Positions 1 through 9,465 of a DNA stretch of 64,000 nucleotides are shown in pieces; position 1 is the first letter of the stretch; the number at the start of each line of letters is the position of its first letter. The stretch is from Bacteroidales bacterium (GTDB lineage Bacteria; Bacteroidota; Bacteroidia; Bacteroidales; G3-4614), in assembly GCA_036656055.1 (NCBI GenBank), contig JAVVOY010000004.1, forward strand, positions 12,841 to 76,840. Direction: 5' to 3'. Made by a program: the position numbers and the translations under genes. Below the pieces are notes generated by a model. It had not been told where the DNA came from. It searched no databases and worked only from the letters and a program-made list of their open reading frames with translations.

Positions 1-43
1 TCATGTTTATTATCTCTTTGTTCAACTTTTAAGGTCTATTTAT

Positions 44-2863
44 TTATAGTTTTACCGATATTCCAAGCAAGAAAGATGTTCCTGGATAATAATTATATGT
101 TGTCTGCTCGCGCTCTTGCTTATTCCCATTCACAGTTATCGTAGGGAACTGTTTTATCGTAACGGCCTGTCCTATTATATCTTTTACAGACAACTTTATC
201 TCAACATATTTACCTATCTTTTTTGCAACTGTCAGGTCCAACATGTTTCGTGGCATTTCGTAAGCGTCAGGGAGGTCGAAATCAGAGTTTCCCGCCAACG
301 ATGTTGCCTTTCCAACACCTATTATTCTCCTGCCTATTATATTGTAGAGCAGCGATGCAGAGAGCCCTATTCTATCGCTTGAAGAGGCATAATATAATCC
401 AGCGTTTATGATATACGGCGATTGTCCCTGTAAAGGGCGGTCTTTCTCTTTTATAAGCTCTTTTTCATTGAAACGTAAGCGGCTTAATACAGCAGAAGCA
501 TTAAAAACTATCGACAAATCCGGTACTCCAATAAAATCTAACCGTTTCCGCACATCAACCTCTATTCCTGCCACGTATGCACTCTTTGCATTTTCATAAC
601 TGTAACGGTAACTACCTCCCATGTCAACAAAATTCCACTCTATCGGATTTATAAAGTGCTTGTAGAACAACCCAGCACTTACAGTTTCACCAGAAGCAGG
701 ATAGAACTCGTACCGCAGATCAATATTGTCTATATCAGCTACCTTAAGGTCTTGATTTCCCTGTATCTCAGCAAATAGATCAAAGTCGTAATATACGGCG
801 GGTGATACTTCGCGAAATTCAGGACGGTTTACGGTACGGCTGTAAGAAAATCGTAAAATATTTTTCTCGTTAAACATGTAGGAGAAGTTAAGGGCTGGAA
901 GAATAGATAATTTATTATATTTATTCTCTGTCATAAGCTCTTTAGATGAGGTCATTGAACGGTCATATTTTATAGCCATATTCCACATTTCTACCCTAAA
1001 ACCGGCATCTATCGTAAACCGCTTAACCGGGATAGTTGCAGTAACATAAGCAGCGGCTATTGAGGATTTACCGTCATAGGCATTATATTTTTGTGTTATT
1101 TCATCGGCGTATACCTTATCATAACCGAGCCACTCTTGGCTCATCATCTGCTCGAACGGTAACGAACGGTAATACATCCTTTCATTCACAGAAAGGTTAT
1201 CGGTACGATATGTGAACTCTCTAGGCTGATAATTACGGATTCGGTACTCCCCGTAAACACCTGATTTTAAAGTGGGCTTGATACTGCAACTTGTAAACTT
1301 TTTTATGTAATTGAGCGATGCTGAAAAGACGTTGTCATCAAGCTTCTGGAAATAACGTGTTATTTTGTCGTTGTATGTTGGTATGTCGGGGGTTACACTA
1401 CCATCAGGTGGAATACTGCCGAGATTACTTATAATGCGCCTGTCGGGTTCATTCTTGTTAGCATAAGAATAGCCGATGGTCCAATCTAAAACAGATAATT
1501 GATCATTATTAAATTTATGTTTACCTGAAAGTTGTCCTGTATAAGTCATTCGCGAAGAGTAATAGATTTCTGTCTGCTTCTCGTAGTAATCACCACTTAC
1601 AGTACTCTCTCCATAACGCTCGGTAAGGCGATTTTTACCTATAATACTGAACAGATTGCGGAACTCTAAGCTATTTGTCGTATTTATATCGAAAAACCAA
1701 TTATTGAGTGCTGACAACTTCACGGTATTTACATATTGGTTGTCGGTATAATTCTTCTCCATCACAGAGATATCCGAACTTGTATTATATAATCCGTAAC
1801 GGTTGTTAGTTATATCAGGAAGAGTCTTGTTTACATTACTATAATTAGCGGCAAGCGTCACTCCTATCCTCTTACCGACACAACGAGTCAAGTCAAAATC
1901 AAACTTTATATCAGGCAACGGGCGACGTTCGCGTACGCTCCAGTCATTGTTGAACCCGCTCCTTGAATAATATGTTATGACATCAGGTGTATTAACGGTT
2001 TTTAAATTTGCAGGGAAATCAGAAGAAAGCGCGCGTTTATGGTTATCTACGCCAAGCCAATCGGTACATGACGGATCTCCAATGCGCATATCCGAGAAGT
2101 GCGTCTTTGTGTTTAACCCTGAAGCAATCCCTATCTTAAACGTATTTTTATGAGGCATCCCCGAAGATGTTATCTTTATGAATCCTCCGCAAAAATCTCC
2201 CGGAAGATCTGCTGAGTATGATTTCGCAACAACAATATTATCAATGCTTCCACTGGGAATTATATCGAACGAAAAGGCTCGTCCATCTGCCTCGGAACTC
2301 GGAGCTACTGCACCATTTATCCAGACATTATTATAACGCTGCGAAAGACCGCGTACTATTATGTAACGTCCGTCTATCAGCGAAATGCCGGGAACACGTT
2401 TTATCACCTCGCCGGCATCGCTATCTGGCGTTTTACTTATCTGCCCGGCTGATATTCCGACAGTTACAGAGGTTGACAAACGTGTAGAGGTCAGAATCCC
2501 TGCTTCGCTGCCAGTATTCAGTCGTCCTACCACCGTAACATCATTCATAATTACATCCTGCGGTGTTAATGGAATAATAACCGACATGCCACCATTTTTA
2601 CTTACAGAAACATCACTAGGCTTATAACCTATATAACTTACAGTCAACATGACTGGATATTTCTCGACATCTGGGATATTCAGAACGAAACTACCGTCTA
2701 AATCTGATACGGCAGCGATCTGTCCGTTATCTCTCAACTTTACCGTAGCTCCTATTATAGCCTCTCCACTTTTCGCATCTTTTATCTCTCCTCCAACTCT
2801 CGCCGCAGATATTCCCTCAGTAATCATCATTAGTGATAGGAAAACTACAAATACTCTCTTCAT
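44..2863 (-). CDS. TonB-dependent outer-membrane receptor (CarboxypepD_reg-like N-domain, plug, beta-barrel)
   Basis: 939-aa ORF with signal peptide MKRVFVVFLSLMMITEGISA. Carboxypeptidase-regulatory-like segment GGEIKDAKSGEAIIGATVKL...DGSFVL. Plug-like segment VIKRVPGISLIDGRYIIVRGLSQRYNNVWINGAVAPSSEADGRAFSFDIIP. Long Y/N/S-rich beta-barrel region. No SusD-like partner is visible in the window. Confidence 0.9.
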   Translation of the reverse strand: MKRVFVVFLSLMMITEGISAARVGGEIKDAKSGEAIIGATVKLRDNGQIAAVSDLDGSFVLNIPDVEKYPVMLTVSYIGYKPSDVSVSKNGGMSVIIPLTPQDVIMNDVTVVGRLNTGSEAGILTSTRLSTSVTVGISAGQISKTPDSDAGEVIKRVPGISLIDGRYIIVRGLSQRYNNVWINGAVAPSSEADGRAFSFDIIPSGSIDNIVVAKSYSADLPGDFCGGFIKITSSGMPHKNTFKIGIASGLNTKTHFSDMRIGDPSCTDWLGVDNHKRALSSDFPANLKTVNTPDVITYYSRSGFNNDWSVRERRPLPDIKFDFDLTRCVGKRIGVTLAANYSNVNKTLPDITNNRYGLYNTSSDISVMEKNYTDNQYVNTVKLSALNNWFFDINTTNSLEFRNLFSIIGKNRLTERYGESTVSGDYYEKQTEIYYSSRMTYTGQLSGKHKFNNDQLSVLDWTIGYSYANKNEPDRRIISNLGSIPPDGSVTPDIPTYNDKITRYFQKLDDNVFSASLNYIKKFTSCSIKPTLKSGVYGEYRIRNYQPREFTYRTDNLSVNERMYYRSLPFEQMMSQEWLGYDKVYADEITQKYNAYDGKSSIAAAYVTATIPVKRFTIDAGFRVEMWNMAIKYDRSMTSSKELMTENKYNKLSILPALNFSYMFNEKNILRFSYSRTVNRPEFREVSPAVYYDFDLFAEIQGNQDLKVADIDNIDLRYEFYPASGETVSAGLFYKHFINPIEWNFVDMGGSYRYSYENAKSAYVAGIEVDVRKRLDFIGVPDLSIVFNASAVLSRLRFNEKELIKEKDRPLQGQSPYIINAGLYYASSSDRIGLSASLLYNIIGRRIIGVGKATSLAGNSDFDLPDAYEMPRNMLDLTVAKKIGKYVEIKLSVKDIIGQAVTIKQFPTITVNGNKQEREQTTYNYYPGTSFLLGISVKL

Positions 2864-2891
2864 CTTTTTATTTTATTTCTTAATTCAGACG

Positions 2892-2899
2892 CAAAAGTA
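2892..2899 (-). promoter_or_regulatory. Bacteroidota -7 promoter box (TACTTTTG read on minus strand), upstream of the TonB-dependent receptor
   Basis: Plus strand reads CAAAAGTA, whose reverse complement TACTTTTG fits TAnnTTTG. It lies about 30 nt upstream of the ATG at 2863. Confidence 0.5.
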
Positions 2900-2910
2900 T
2901 GGTCTCGGCA

Positions 2911-2961
2911 TTACGGTAGAGTTACGCAACGGTTACGATGAAGCTAAAATTCGGTTACGAT
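2911..2961. repeat. Helically phased TTACG array, including the 10-bp direct repeat CGGTTACGAT x2
   Basis: TTACG starts at 2911, 2922, 2933 and 2955 (spacing 11, 11, 22 bp). CGGTTACGAT occurs at 2930-2939 and 2952-2961. The array sits just upstream of the putative receptor promoter. Confidence 0.8.
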
Positions 2962-2990
2962 TTTGTTAAGGGGTGCCAGTATAAAATATC

Positions 2991-3114
2991 GCATCTATAT
3001 ATTTGAATGCACCAATATTTGTAGGCTCTGTCAAAGATGATTCTTGTTATTTTTTATAACAAGCTATTTGTAAAATAAATAGACATTCACAATACATTGC
3101 AAATATATAGATGC
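2991..3114. repeat. 15-bp perfect inverted repeat pair, concentric with a central 8-bp palindrome
   Basis: GCATCTATATATTTG at 2991-3005 and CAAATATATAGATGC at 3100-3114. Central palindrome CTTGTTAT-TTTTT-ATAACAAG at 3043-3063 shares the same symmetry centre. Each arm contains TATATTTG, a TAnnTTTG match, pointing inward. Confidence 0.9.
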
Positions 3115-3255
3115 GTAAAATAATTTGATTACATATCTCACTACTATTGTACGACCGGCACACAGAAAGGAGGGAAAGTAAAATTGTGGCTTTTACCAAT
3201 GATGTAACTCCATTACAACAAATGCCAACACCGCCAAATGCCTTCTTATATAATT

Positions 3256-3285
3256 ATGCAATATAAATCAGATTGCATTTCGTTA
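3256..3285 (+). terminator. Terminator-like hairpin in the intergenic spacer
   Basis: ATGCAAT (3256-3262), 9-nt loop, ATTGCAT (3272-3278), followed by the T-rich TTCGTTATT. Weak stem, no coding gene upstream. Confidence 0.3.
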
Positions 3286-3405
3286 TTCTATCCCATACTC
3301 TCACCTATTTCATCTTTACTATATAAGAGAGTATAGTATAACCATTGAGAATAGTGAATAAAAGCAATTATTATTTCTCTCTGTTTATATCTGCGACAAA
3401 TATTG

Positions 3406-3413
3406 TAACTTTG
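3406..3413 (+). promoter_or_regulatory. Bacteroidota -7 promoter box TAACTTTG upstream of ybeY
   Basis: Exact TAnnTTTG match 19 nt upstream of the ybeY ATG (3432). Confidence 0.55.
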
Positions 3414-3431
3414 TAAATAAAATTCAGAACA

Positions 3432-3851
3432 ATGGCAATACAATACTTTACCGATGGGACTAAGATGCCGCAAATCTCAAAACGTGAGACATCTGCATGG
3501 ATTAAGAATGTGGCTGCCGCCTACGGAAAGAAATGCGGTGATATATCATATATATTCTGCAATGATGCAAAAATTCTTGAGGTAAATTGTCAGTTTCTGA
3601 AACACGATTATTATACGGATATAATAACTTTTGATTACAGCAATGGAGATATTATCTCTGGAGACCTCTTCATCAGCCTCGATACAGTAAGCACCAATGC
3701 TGAACAGTTTTCCCAACCGTACGAACAGGAACTTTTTCGTGTTATCATACACGGGATACTGCACCTTTGCGGTATTAACGACAAAGCCCCCGGAGAACGC
3801 AATATTATGGAGAACGCCGAAAATGATGCACTAAAACTGCTGATTAAATAA
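3432..3851 (+). CDS. ybeY: rRNA maturation endoribonuclease YbeY
   Basis: 139 aa. Zinc-binding histidine motif HGILHLCGIND (H-x-x-x-H-x-x-x-x-x-H-type YbeY signature). Typical size. Confidence 0.9.
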   Translation: MAIQYFTDGTKMPQISKRETSAWIKNVAAAYGKKCGDISYIFCNDAKILEVNCQFLKHDYYTDIITFDYSNGDIISGDLFISLDTVSTNAEQFSQPYEQELFRVIIHGILHLCGINDKAPGERNIMENAENDALKLLIK

Positions 3852-3891
3852 GATTCTTACTACTTTTACATTCACAAAAGGATACAAACCG

Positions 3892-5766
3892 ATGAATTTT
3901 AAGTACGATGTTATTGTTATCGGAGCCGGACATGCCGGATGCGAAGCCGCTTCGGCAGCAGCCAATCTTGGTTCAAAGACGCTACTTATAACAATGGACC
4001 TAAACAAGATAGCCCAAATGAGCTGTAATCCCGCCATCGGAGGGATAGCCAAAGGACAGATTATAAGGGAAGTAGATGCTTTGGGCGGTTTTACAGGAAT
4101 AGTCACCGACCGCACTGCAATACAGTTTCGTATGCTTAACCGCTCGAAAGGTGCTGCCATGTGGAGTCCGCGCGCTCAAAGTGACCGACAGAAATTTATA
4201 CAGGAGTGGCGCAGCATAATAGAAAATACCGACAATCTATATCTTTGGCAGGACACAGTTAAAGAGCTTATTATCAATAACAAGACAGTCTCTGGTGTAA
4301 AAACGTCATTAGGTGTTGAATTCTGTGCAAAATGCGTTGTCATTACTTCAGGGACATTCCTTAACGGACTTATACATGTCGGAAGGACGCAACTTGCCGG
4401 TGGACGAATGTCTGAACCTGCCTCTTACGGTATAACAGAACAACTGCGCTGCGAGGGAATCGCAACGGGCAGGATGAAAACAGGGACACCGGTAAGAATA
4501 GACGGACGAAGCATTGATTTTAGCCTCTGTACAGAACAATCAGGAGAGGAGGATTTTCATAAGTTCTCTTTCTTGGATTTTAAACCTGAAAGCCTCAAAC
4601 AAAGGAGCTGCTGGAGCATTTATACAAACGGGCAGGTTCATAGCATCCTACTTGAGGGATTACCTGATTCTCCTCTATATAACGGACAGATAAAGAGTAT
4701 TGGTCCACGTTACTGCCCAAGCATAGAGACTAAACTACATACATTTCCTGACAAAACTGAACATCAGCTTTTTCTGGAACCAGAAGGGGAAGAGAGCAAC
4801 GAATATTATCTGAACGGATTCTCTTCGTCCCTCCCAATAGAGATACAGATTCGTGCTTTGCAGGCAATCCCTGCACTGAGAAACGTACATATATATCGCC
4901 CCGGATATGCAATAGAATACGACTTCTTCGATCCAACTCAATTAAGACATACTCTTGAAAACAAGGTTATAAAGAATCTCTTCTTCGCAGGTCAAGTAAA
5001 CGGAACAACAGGATATGAGGAGGCCGCAGGACAAGGAATAATTGCAGGGATAAATGCCCATATAAAATGCCATGGCGGAGAGGATTTCACGTTAAGCAGG
5101 GATAAAGCATATATAGGTGTATTAATAGACGATCTTGTAACAAAAGGTGTTGACGAACCATATAGGATGTTCACATCGCGAGCAGAATACAGAATTCTGC
5201 TACGACAAGACGATGCAGACATGAGACTTACTGAAAAATCATACAACGTAGGGTTGGCTGGCAGCGAAAGAGTTGATCTGCTGACACGCAAACGCGCTAA
5301 CCGCGACAGGCTTATAGATTTCTGTCGTAATTTTTCCGTAAAGTCCGCATATGTAAACGAAGGATTAGAGAGACTTGGCACTTCCCCACTCAAACAAGGG
5401 GTTAAATTAATTGACCTGATATTGCGCCCACAACTAAATATATATGATGTGGCTGCCATGGTAACTCCCCTACGAAGAGAAATTGACAAAATAACCGACC
5501 GGATGGAGGAGACCGTTGAGGCGGCAGAGATACTTATGAAATATGAGGGCTACATTGAGCGGGAGAAACTTATTGCTGATAAGATTGCCCGCCTTGAGAA
5601 CATCAGAATCAAAGGAAAATTCAGCTACAACAACATTTCGCAACTCACCATAGAAGCCCGACAAAAGTTATCAAAAATAGATCCTGAGACAATTGCTCAG
5701 GCAGGAAGAATACCGGGCATCTCTCCAAGCGATATAAATATTCTTTTATTGCTTCTTGGAAGATAA
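3892..5766 (+). CDS. mnmG: tRNA uridine 5-carboxymethylaminomethyl modification enzyme MnmG (GidA)
   Basis: 624 aa. N-terminal FAD-binding fold DVIVIGAGHAGCEAA. Conserved GPRYCPSIE and FFAGQVNGTTGYEEAA motifs. Confidence 0.97.
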   Translation: MNFKYDVIVIGAGHAGCEAASAAANLGSKTLLITMDLNKIAQMSCNPAIGGIAKGQIIREVDALGGFTGIVTDRTAIQFRMLNRSKGAAMWSPRAQSDRQKFIQEWRSIIENTDNLYLWQDTVKELIINNKTVSGVKTSLGVEFCAKCVVITSGTFLNGLIHVGRTQLAGGRMSEPASYGITEQLRCEGIATGRMKTGTPVRIDGRSIDFSLCTEQSGEEDFHKFSFLDFKPESLKQRSCWSIYTNGQVHSILLEGLPDSPLYNGQIKSIGPRYCPSIETKLHTFPDKTEHQLFLEPEGEESNEYYLNGFSSSLPIEIQIRALQAIPALRNVHIYRPGYAIEYDFFDPTQLRHTLENKVIKNLFFAGQVNGTTGYEEAAGQGIIAGINAHIKCHGGEDFTLSRDKAYIGVLIDDLVTKGVDEPYRMFTSRAEYRILLRQDDADMRLTEKSYNVGLAGSERVDLLTRKRANRDRLIDFCRNFSVKSAYVNEGLERLGTSPLKQGVKLIDLILRPQLNIYDVAAMVTPLRREIDKITDRMEETVEAAEILMKYEGYIEREKLIADKIARLENIRIKGKFSYNNISQLTIEARQKLSKIDPETIAQAGRIPGISPSDINILLLLLGR

Positions 5767-5809
5767 CAATAATGTTCCACGTGGAACATTTAATACATAA
5801 AAGCCTCTT

Positions 5810-7615
5810 ATGCAGGAAAACAGAGATAAAATAATAGCCACAATATCAGTAATGCCGGAATCTCCGGGCGTATACCAATACTTTGACAAAGACGGCAAAA
5901 TTATATATGTGGGCAAAGCTAAAAATCTCAAAAGACGCGTATCTTCTTATTTTAATAAAAACGCACAAAGCATAAAGACTGAGATGCTGATAAGGCACAT
6001 AGCAGAGATGAAATACATAGTGGTTGAGAGCGAAGAAGACGCATTGCATCTCGAAAATTCGCTCATAAAAGAGTATCAGCCAAAATATAATGTACTGCTT
6101 AAAGACGATAAGACATATCCGTGGATAGTTGTAAGAAACGAGCCCTTCCCAAGGATATATCTTACCCGTAATATTATAAAGGACGGTTCAAAATATTACG
6201 GTCCATACGCCAACATTCATTTGGCAAAAATTGTACTATCACTTATAAAGAGGCTCCTCCCTATAAGATCATGCAACTTTAACCTGACAGATGAAAATAT
6301 TCGTAAGAAAAAATTTACTCAATGTCTGGAGTTTCATATAAAAAACTGTAATGCCCCGTGTATAGCCAATGAAACGCCAGAAGATTATGACGCATATATA
6401 AGACAGGCTCACCAAATTCTTAACGGTGAGACCGGAAGATTGTCTGATTATCTTATGGAAGAGATGAAAAGATGTGCAACAGAGACGAAATTTGAAGAGG
6501 CACAAAAGATAAAAGAAAAATATCTTCTACTTGAGAATTACCGCTCAAAATCTATAATTGTGAACTCAAGCGTTCATAACGTCGATGTTTTCGGATATGA
6601 TGACGACGATGACTTCGTTTATATAAACTACCTACATATAAAGGAGGGGGCTATTATAAACAGCATGACTATTTCGTATAAAAAAAGGATAGAAGAAGAG
6701 AAAGAAGATATCCTGGGACTCGGTATAATCGAACTTCGCAGCCGCTTTAAAAGCGAAGCAAAAGAGATAATAATTCCATTTGAAATAGGACTTGAAAGTC
6801 CTTTCTACACAATCACAATTCCGCAAAGGGGTGATAAAAAGCATCTTCTTGAGATATCAGTAAGGAATGCCAAACAGTACAAAGTAGATAAACTTAAACA
6901 ATTTGAGAAACTAAATCCTGAACAGAGATCTACACGCCTGTTAAAACAGATAGCATCGGATTTTAGGCTTAAAGAGTTGCCAATACAGATGGAGTGTTTT
7001 GATAACTCAAACATACAGGGCACAAATGCGGTTTCATCGTGTGTTGTATTTAAAAATGGGAAACCTTCAAAAAAAGATTATCGCCATTTCAACGTAAAAA
7101 CTGTTGTTGGTGCAGACGACTTTGCAACTATGTATGAGGTCGTTTATAGACGCTACAAAAGGTTGCATGAAGAGTTGCAGCCGCTACCTCAACTAATAAT
7201 AGTGGACGGAGGAAAAGGACAGCTTAATTTTGCGGTGAAAGCGTTAAAGGATCTTGATCTTTACGAAAATATTCCTATCGCTGGAATCGCAAAAAAATTG
7301 GAAGAGATATTTTTTCCAGATGATCCCATCCCTTTATATATTGACAAAAATTCCGAAACACTGAAAGTTATACAACATATGCGCGATGAAGCACATCGTT
7401 TCGGTATAACCCATCACAGGAAAAGAAGAAGCAAAGGACAGGTAGTCTCGGAACTTGATAGCATAACCGGCATAGGAATAAAAACAAAGGAAGCCCTTTT
7501 TAAGCATTTTAAGAGTGTAAAAAGAATAAGAGAGGCATCATTTGACGAATTAGCATCAATCGCCGGAGAAAGCAAGGCACAAAAGCTTATACAAAACTTA
7601 AATAACGATAAATGA
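5810..7615 (+). CDS. uvrC: Excinuclease ABC subunit C
   Basis: 601 aa. GIY-YIG nuclease motif PGVYQYFDKDGKIIYVGKAKNLKRRV. UvrBC-interaction region. C-terminal helix-hairpin-helix ITGIGIKTKEALFKHF. Confidence 0.97.
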   Translation: MQENRDKIIATISVMPESPGVYQYFDKDGKIIYVGKAKNLKRRVSSYFNKNAQSIKTEMLIRHIAEMKYIVVESEEDALHLENSLIKEYQPKYNVLLKDDKTYPWIVVRNEPFPRIYLTRNIIKDGSKYYGPYANIHLAKIVLSLIKRLLPIRSCNFNLTDENIRKKKFTQCLEFHIKNCNAPCIANETPEDYDAYIRQAHQILNGETGRLSDYLMEEMKRCATETKFEEAQKIKEKYLLLENYRSKSIIVNSSVHNVDVFGYDDDDDFVYINYLHIKEGAIINSMTISYKKRIEEEKEDILGLGIIELRSRFKSEAKEIIIPFEIGLESPFYTITIPQRGDKKHLLEISVRNAKQYKVDKLKQFEKLNPEQRSTRLLKQIASDFRLKELPIQMECFDNSNIQGTNAVSSCVVFKNGKPSKKDYRHFNVKTVVGADDFATMYEVVYRRYKRLHEELQPLPQLIIVDGGKGQLNFAVKALKDLDLYENIPIAGIAKKLEEIFFPDDPIPLYIDKNSETLKVIQHMRDEAHRFGITHHRKRRSKGQVVSELDSITGIGIKTKEALFKHFKSVKRIREASFDELASIAGESKAQKLIQNLNNDK

Positions 7616-7701
7616 TTACATCTAACAGCCTAACAACCAGACCAATCCTAACTATAATATAAATATAAAGGTAAGAATTAACTGATAACACATTATTTTC
7701 T

Positions 7702-7709
7702 TAATTTTG
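7702..7709 (+). promoter_or_regulatory. Bacteroidota -7 promoter box TAATTTTG upstream of dtd
   Basis: Exact TAnnTTTG match 27 nt upstream of the dtd ATG (7736). Confidence 0.55.
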
Positions 7710-7735
7710 CATTCAACGAACAAAGATTCTATTAT

Positions 7736-8188
7736 ATGCGTATTGTAATACAAAGGGTAAACTATGCCACAGTAACAATCAATAAAAACGAGAAGTCAGC
7801 AATCGGCAAAGGAGTCCTTATTTTGTTAGGCATTGAGGAGAGCGATACAACAGAGGATATTAAATGGCTTTGTAATAAAACTGCAAACCTCAGAATATTT
7901 GACGATTCCAACGGTGTTATGAACCTATCGGTAAAGGATATTAATGGCGAAGTACTTATAGTAAGCCAGTTTACGCTATTCGCATCTACAAAGAAAGGCA
8001 ACAGACCATCGTATCTAAGGGCAGCCGGACATGGACACGCAATTCCGATGTACGAATATTTTTGCGATGAAATGGAAATTGTACTCGGTAGAAATGTAGG
8101 ACGAGGTGAATTTGGTGCTGATATGCAGGTTGCTCTTGAAAATTCAGGACCGGTAACGATTATAATAGATTCAAAAGAGAGGGAATAA
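7736..8188 (+). CDS. dtd: D-aminoacyl-tRNA deacylase
   Basis: 150 aa. Conserved SQFTL motif (LIVSQFTLFAST) and C-terminal GPVTIIIDS. Confidence 0.95.
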   Translation: MRIVIQRVNYATVTINKNEKSAIGKGVLILLGIEESDTTEDIKWLCNKTANLRIFDDSNGVMNLSVKDINGEVLIVSQFTLFASTKKGNRPSYLRAAGHGHAIPMYEYFCDEMEIVLGRNVGRGEFGADMQVALENSGPVTIIIDSKERE

Positions 8189-8511
8189 TGACGATTGAAG
8201 ACGCACAGAATGCAGTAGACCAATGGATTAAAAGTTATGGGAAAAGATATTTCAACGAACTTACCAATATGGCTGTACTTACAGAAGAGGTCGGAGAAGT
8301 TGCGCGTATCATTGCCAGAAAATACGGAGAACAATCCTTTAAACCGGGGGAGGAAAATGCTGATCTAGCGGATGAATTAGCAGATGTACTATGGGTAATA
8401 ATATGCCTTGCAAATCAGACAGGAATAAACTTGACAGAAGCATTTGAACGCAACATGTATAAAAAGAGTACGCGTGACAAAGAGAGACATTTAAATAACT
8501 CAAAACTATAA
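8188..8511 (+). CDS. MazG-like nucleotide pyrophosphohydrolase (small all-alpha NTP-PPase)
   Basis: 107 aa. EExGE-type motif LTEEVGEVARII and acidic helix LADELADVLWVIICLANQTGINL. Start overlaps the dtd stop by 1 nt. Confidence 0.85.
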   Translation: MTIEDAQNAVDQWIKSYGKRYFNELTNMAVLTEEVGEVARIIARKYGEQSFKPGEENADLADELADVLWVIICLANQTGINLTEAFERNMYKKSTRDKERHLNNSKL

Positions 8512-8515
8512 GATT

Positions 8516-9397
8516 ATGAACAAATATGATGATGCACTGGCAAAATATCAAACCGTGCTAAACGATGAGATAGTCAGACAAGAGGTTGAACAGATTCTCA
8601 AAAATAACATTGAAACTAATTGTACAAAGGAGGTATATAAAACTATATTCGGTTGCCTCGATCTAACCACACTTAAGACAACAGATAACGATGAATCCGT
8701 CGCAGAAATAGCAAAACGCATAAATATTTTTGAAAACGAATATCCTGATATCAATCCTGTTGCCGGAATATGTATTTATCCAAACTTTATAACTGCCGTA
8801 AGGGGCAATCTTGATGTTTCAGATGTAAATATAGTATCTGTTGCCGGAGGATTCCCTTCTGCTCAAACATATACAGAGGTTAAAACAATTGAAACTGGAC
8901 TCGCTATACATGATGGAGCGGATGAAATAGACGCTGTTATGAGCGTTGGGAATTTTCTTGCCGGAAATTACGAGGAGATGTGCGATGAAATAAGCGAAAT
9001 AAAGGATGCGTGCCGTGAAGCAAAGTTGAAGATTATTCTTGAATCGGGGATATTGGGCAGTTGCAGTAATATAAAAAAGGCATCTATTTTATCGATTTAT
9101 GCAGGTGCTGATTTTATCAAAACTTCTACCGGCAAAATCGCACAGGGAGCATCTTGTGAAGCTGTATATGTAATGTGTACAGCAATAAATGAATACTATA
9201 AAAACACCGGAACAATGATAGGAATTAAAGTATCCGGGGGTATAACATCTACGACAGATGCCGTAAAATACTACACAATTGTAAAGGAAATACTTGGTGA
9301 AGAGTGGCTTACAAAGGATTTTTTTAGAATTGGTGCGGGTAATCTTGCAAACAAACTACTCTCCTCTATTCTTGATTCAGAAACAAACTTTTTTTAA
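8516..9397 (+). CDS. deoC: Deoxyribose-phosphate aldolase
   Basis: 293 aa. Class I aldolase with Schiff-base lysine context ADFIKTSTGK and GIKVSGGI near the C-terminus. Confidence 0.9.
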   Translation: MNKYDDALAKYQTVLNDEIVRQEVEQILKNNIETNCTKEVYKTIFGCLDLTTLKTTDNDESVAEIAKRINIFENEYPDINPVAGICIYPNFITAVRGNLDVSDVNIVSVAGGFPSAQTYTEVKTIETGLAIHDGADEIDAVMSVGNFLAGNYEEMCDEISEIKDACREAKLKIILESGILGSCSNIKKASILSIYAGADFIKTSTGKIAQGASCEAVYVMCTAINEYYKNTGTMIGIKVSGGITSTTDAVKYYTIVKEILGEEWLTKDFFRIGAGNLANKLLSSILDSETNFF

Positions 9398-9465
9398 AAT
9401 AACCTTCAAGAAGGCAACCTCATACCCATTTGTTGAAGGCGCTACTACGTACGTAAAGATAATGA

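Noticed and set aside
2966-3010. GGGGTGCC at about 2970, reminiscent of the 5' end of a TPP riboswitch, next to a TonB-dependent receptor.
   Set aside because: The other conserved THI-box elements (CTGAGA, ACCTGATCTGGATAATGCCAGC-like core) are absent on either strand. Nor did I see a B12-box for a cobalamin riboswitch.
4992-5489. 165-aa ORF antisense to mnmG. Similar antisense ORFs occur in polA (10986-11429) and in the YqeY/ftsZ region (38428-38985).
   Set aside because: All are opposite highly conserved genes with no supporting signals.
7762-8334. 190-aa ORF antisense across dtd and the MazG-like gene.
   Set aside because: It spans two well-supported plus-strand genes and has no motifs, so I treat it as an artefact.
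8188-8511. The MazG-like gene as part of a MazEF toxin-antitoxin or defence module.
   Set aside because: There is no MazE/MazF-like partner. The gene sits in a dtd-mazG-deoC housekeeping arrangement and is a small house-cleaning NTP pyrophosphohydrolase type.
9398-9465. 7-bp inverted repeat CCTTCAA...TTGAAGG between the convergent deoC and polyprenyl synthase genes, as a possible bidirectional terminator.
   Set aside because: The 22-nt loop, short stem and lack of a T run make it too weak to call.
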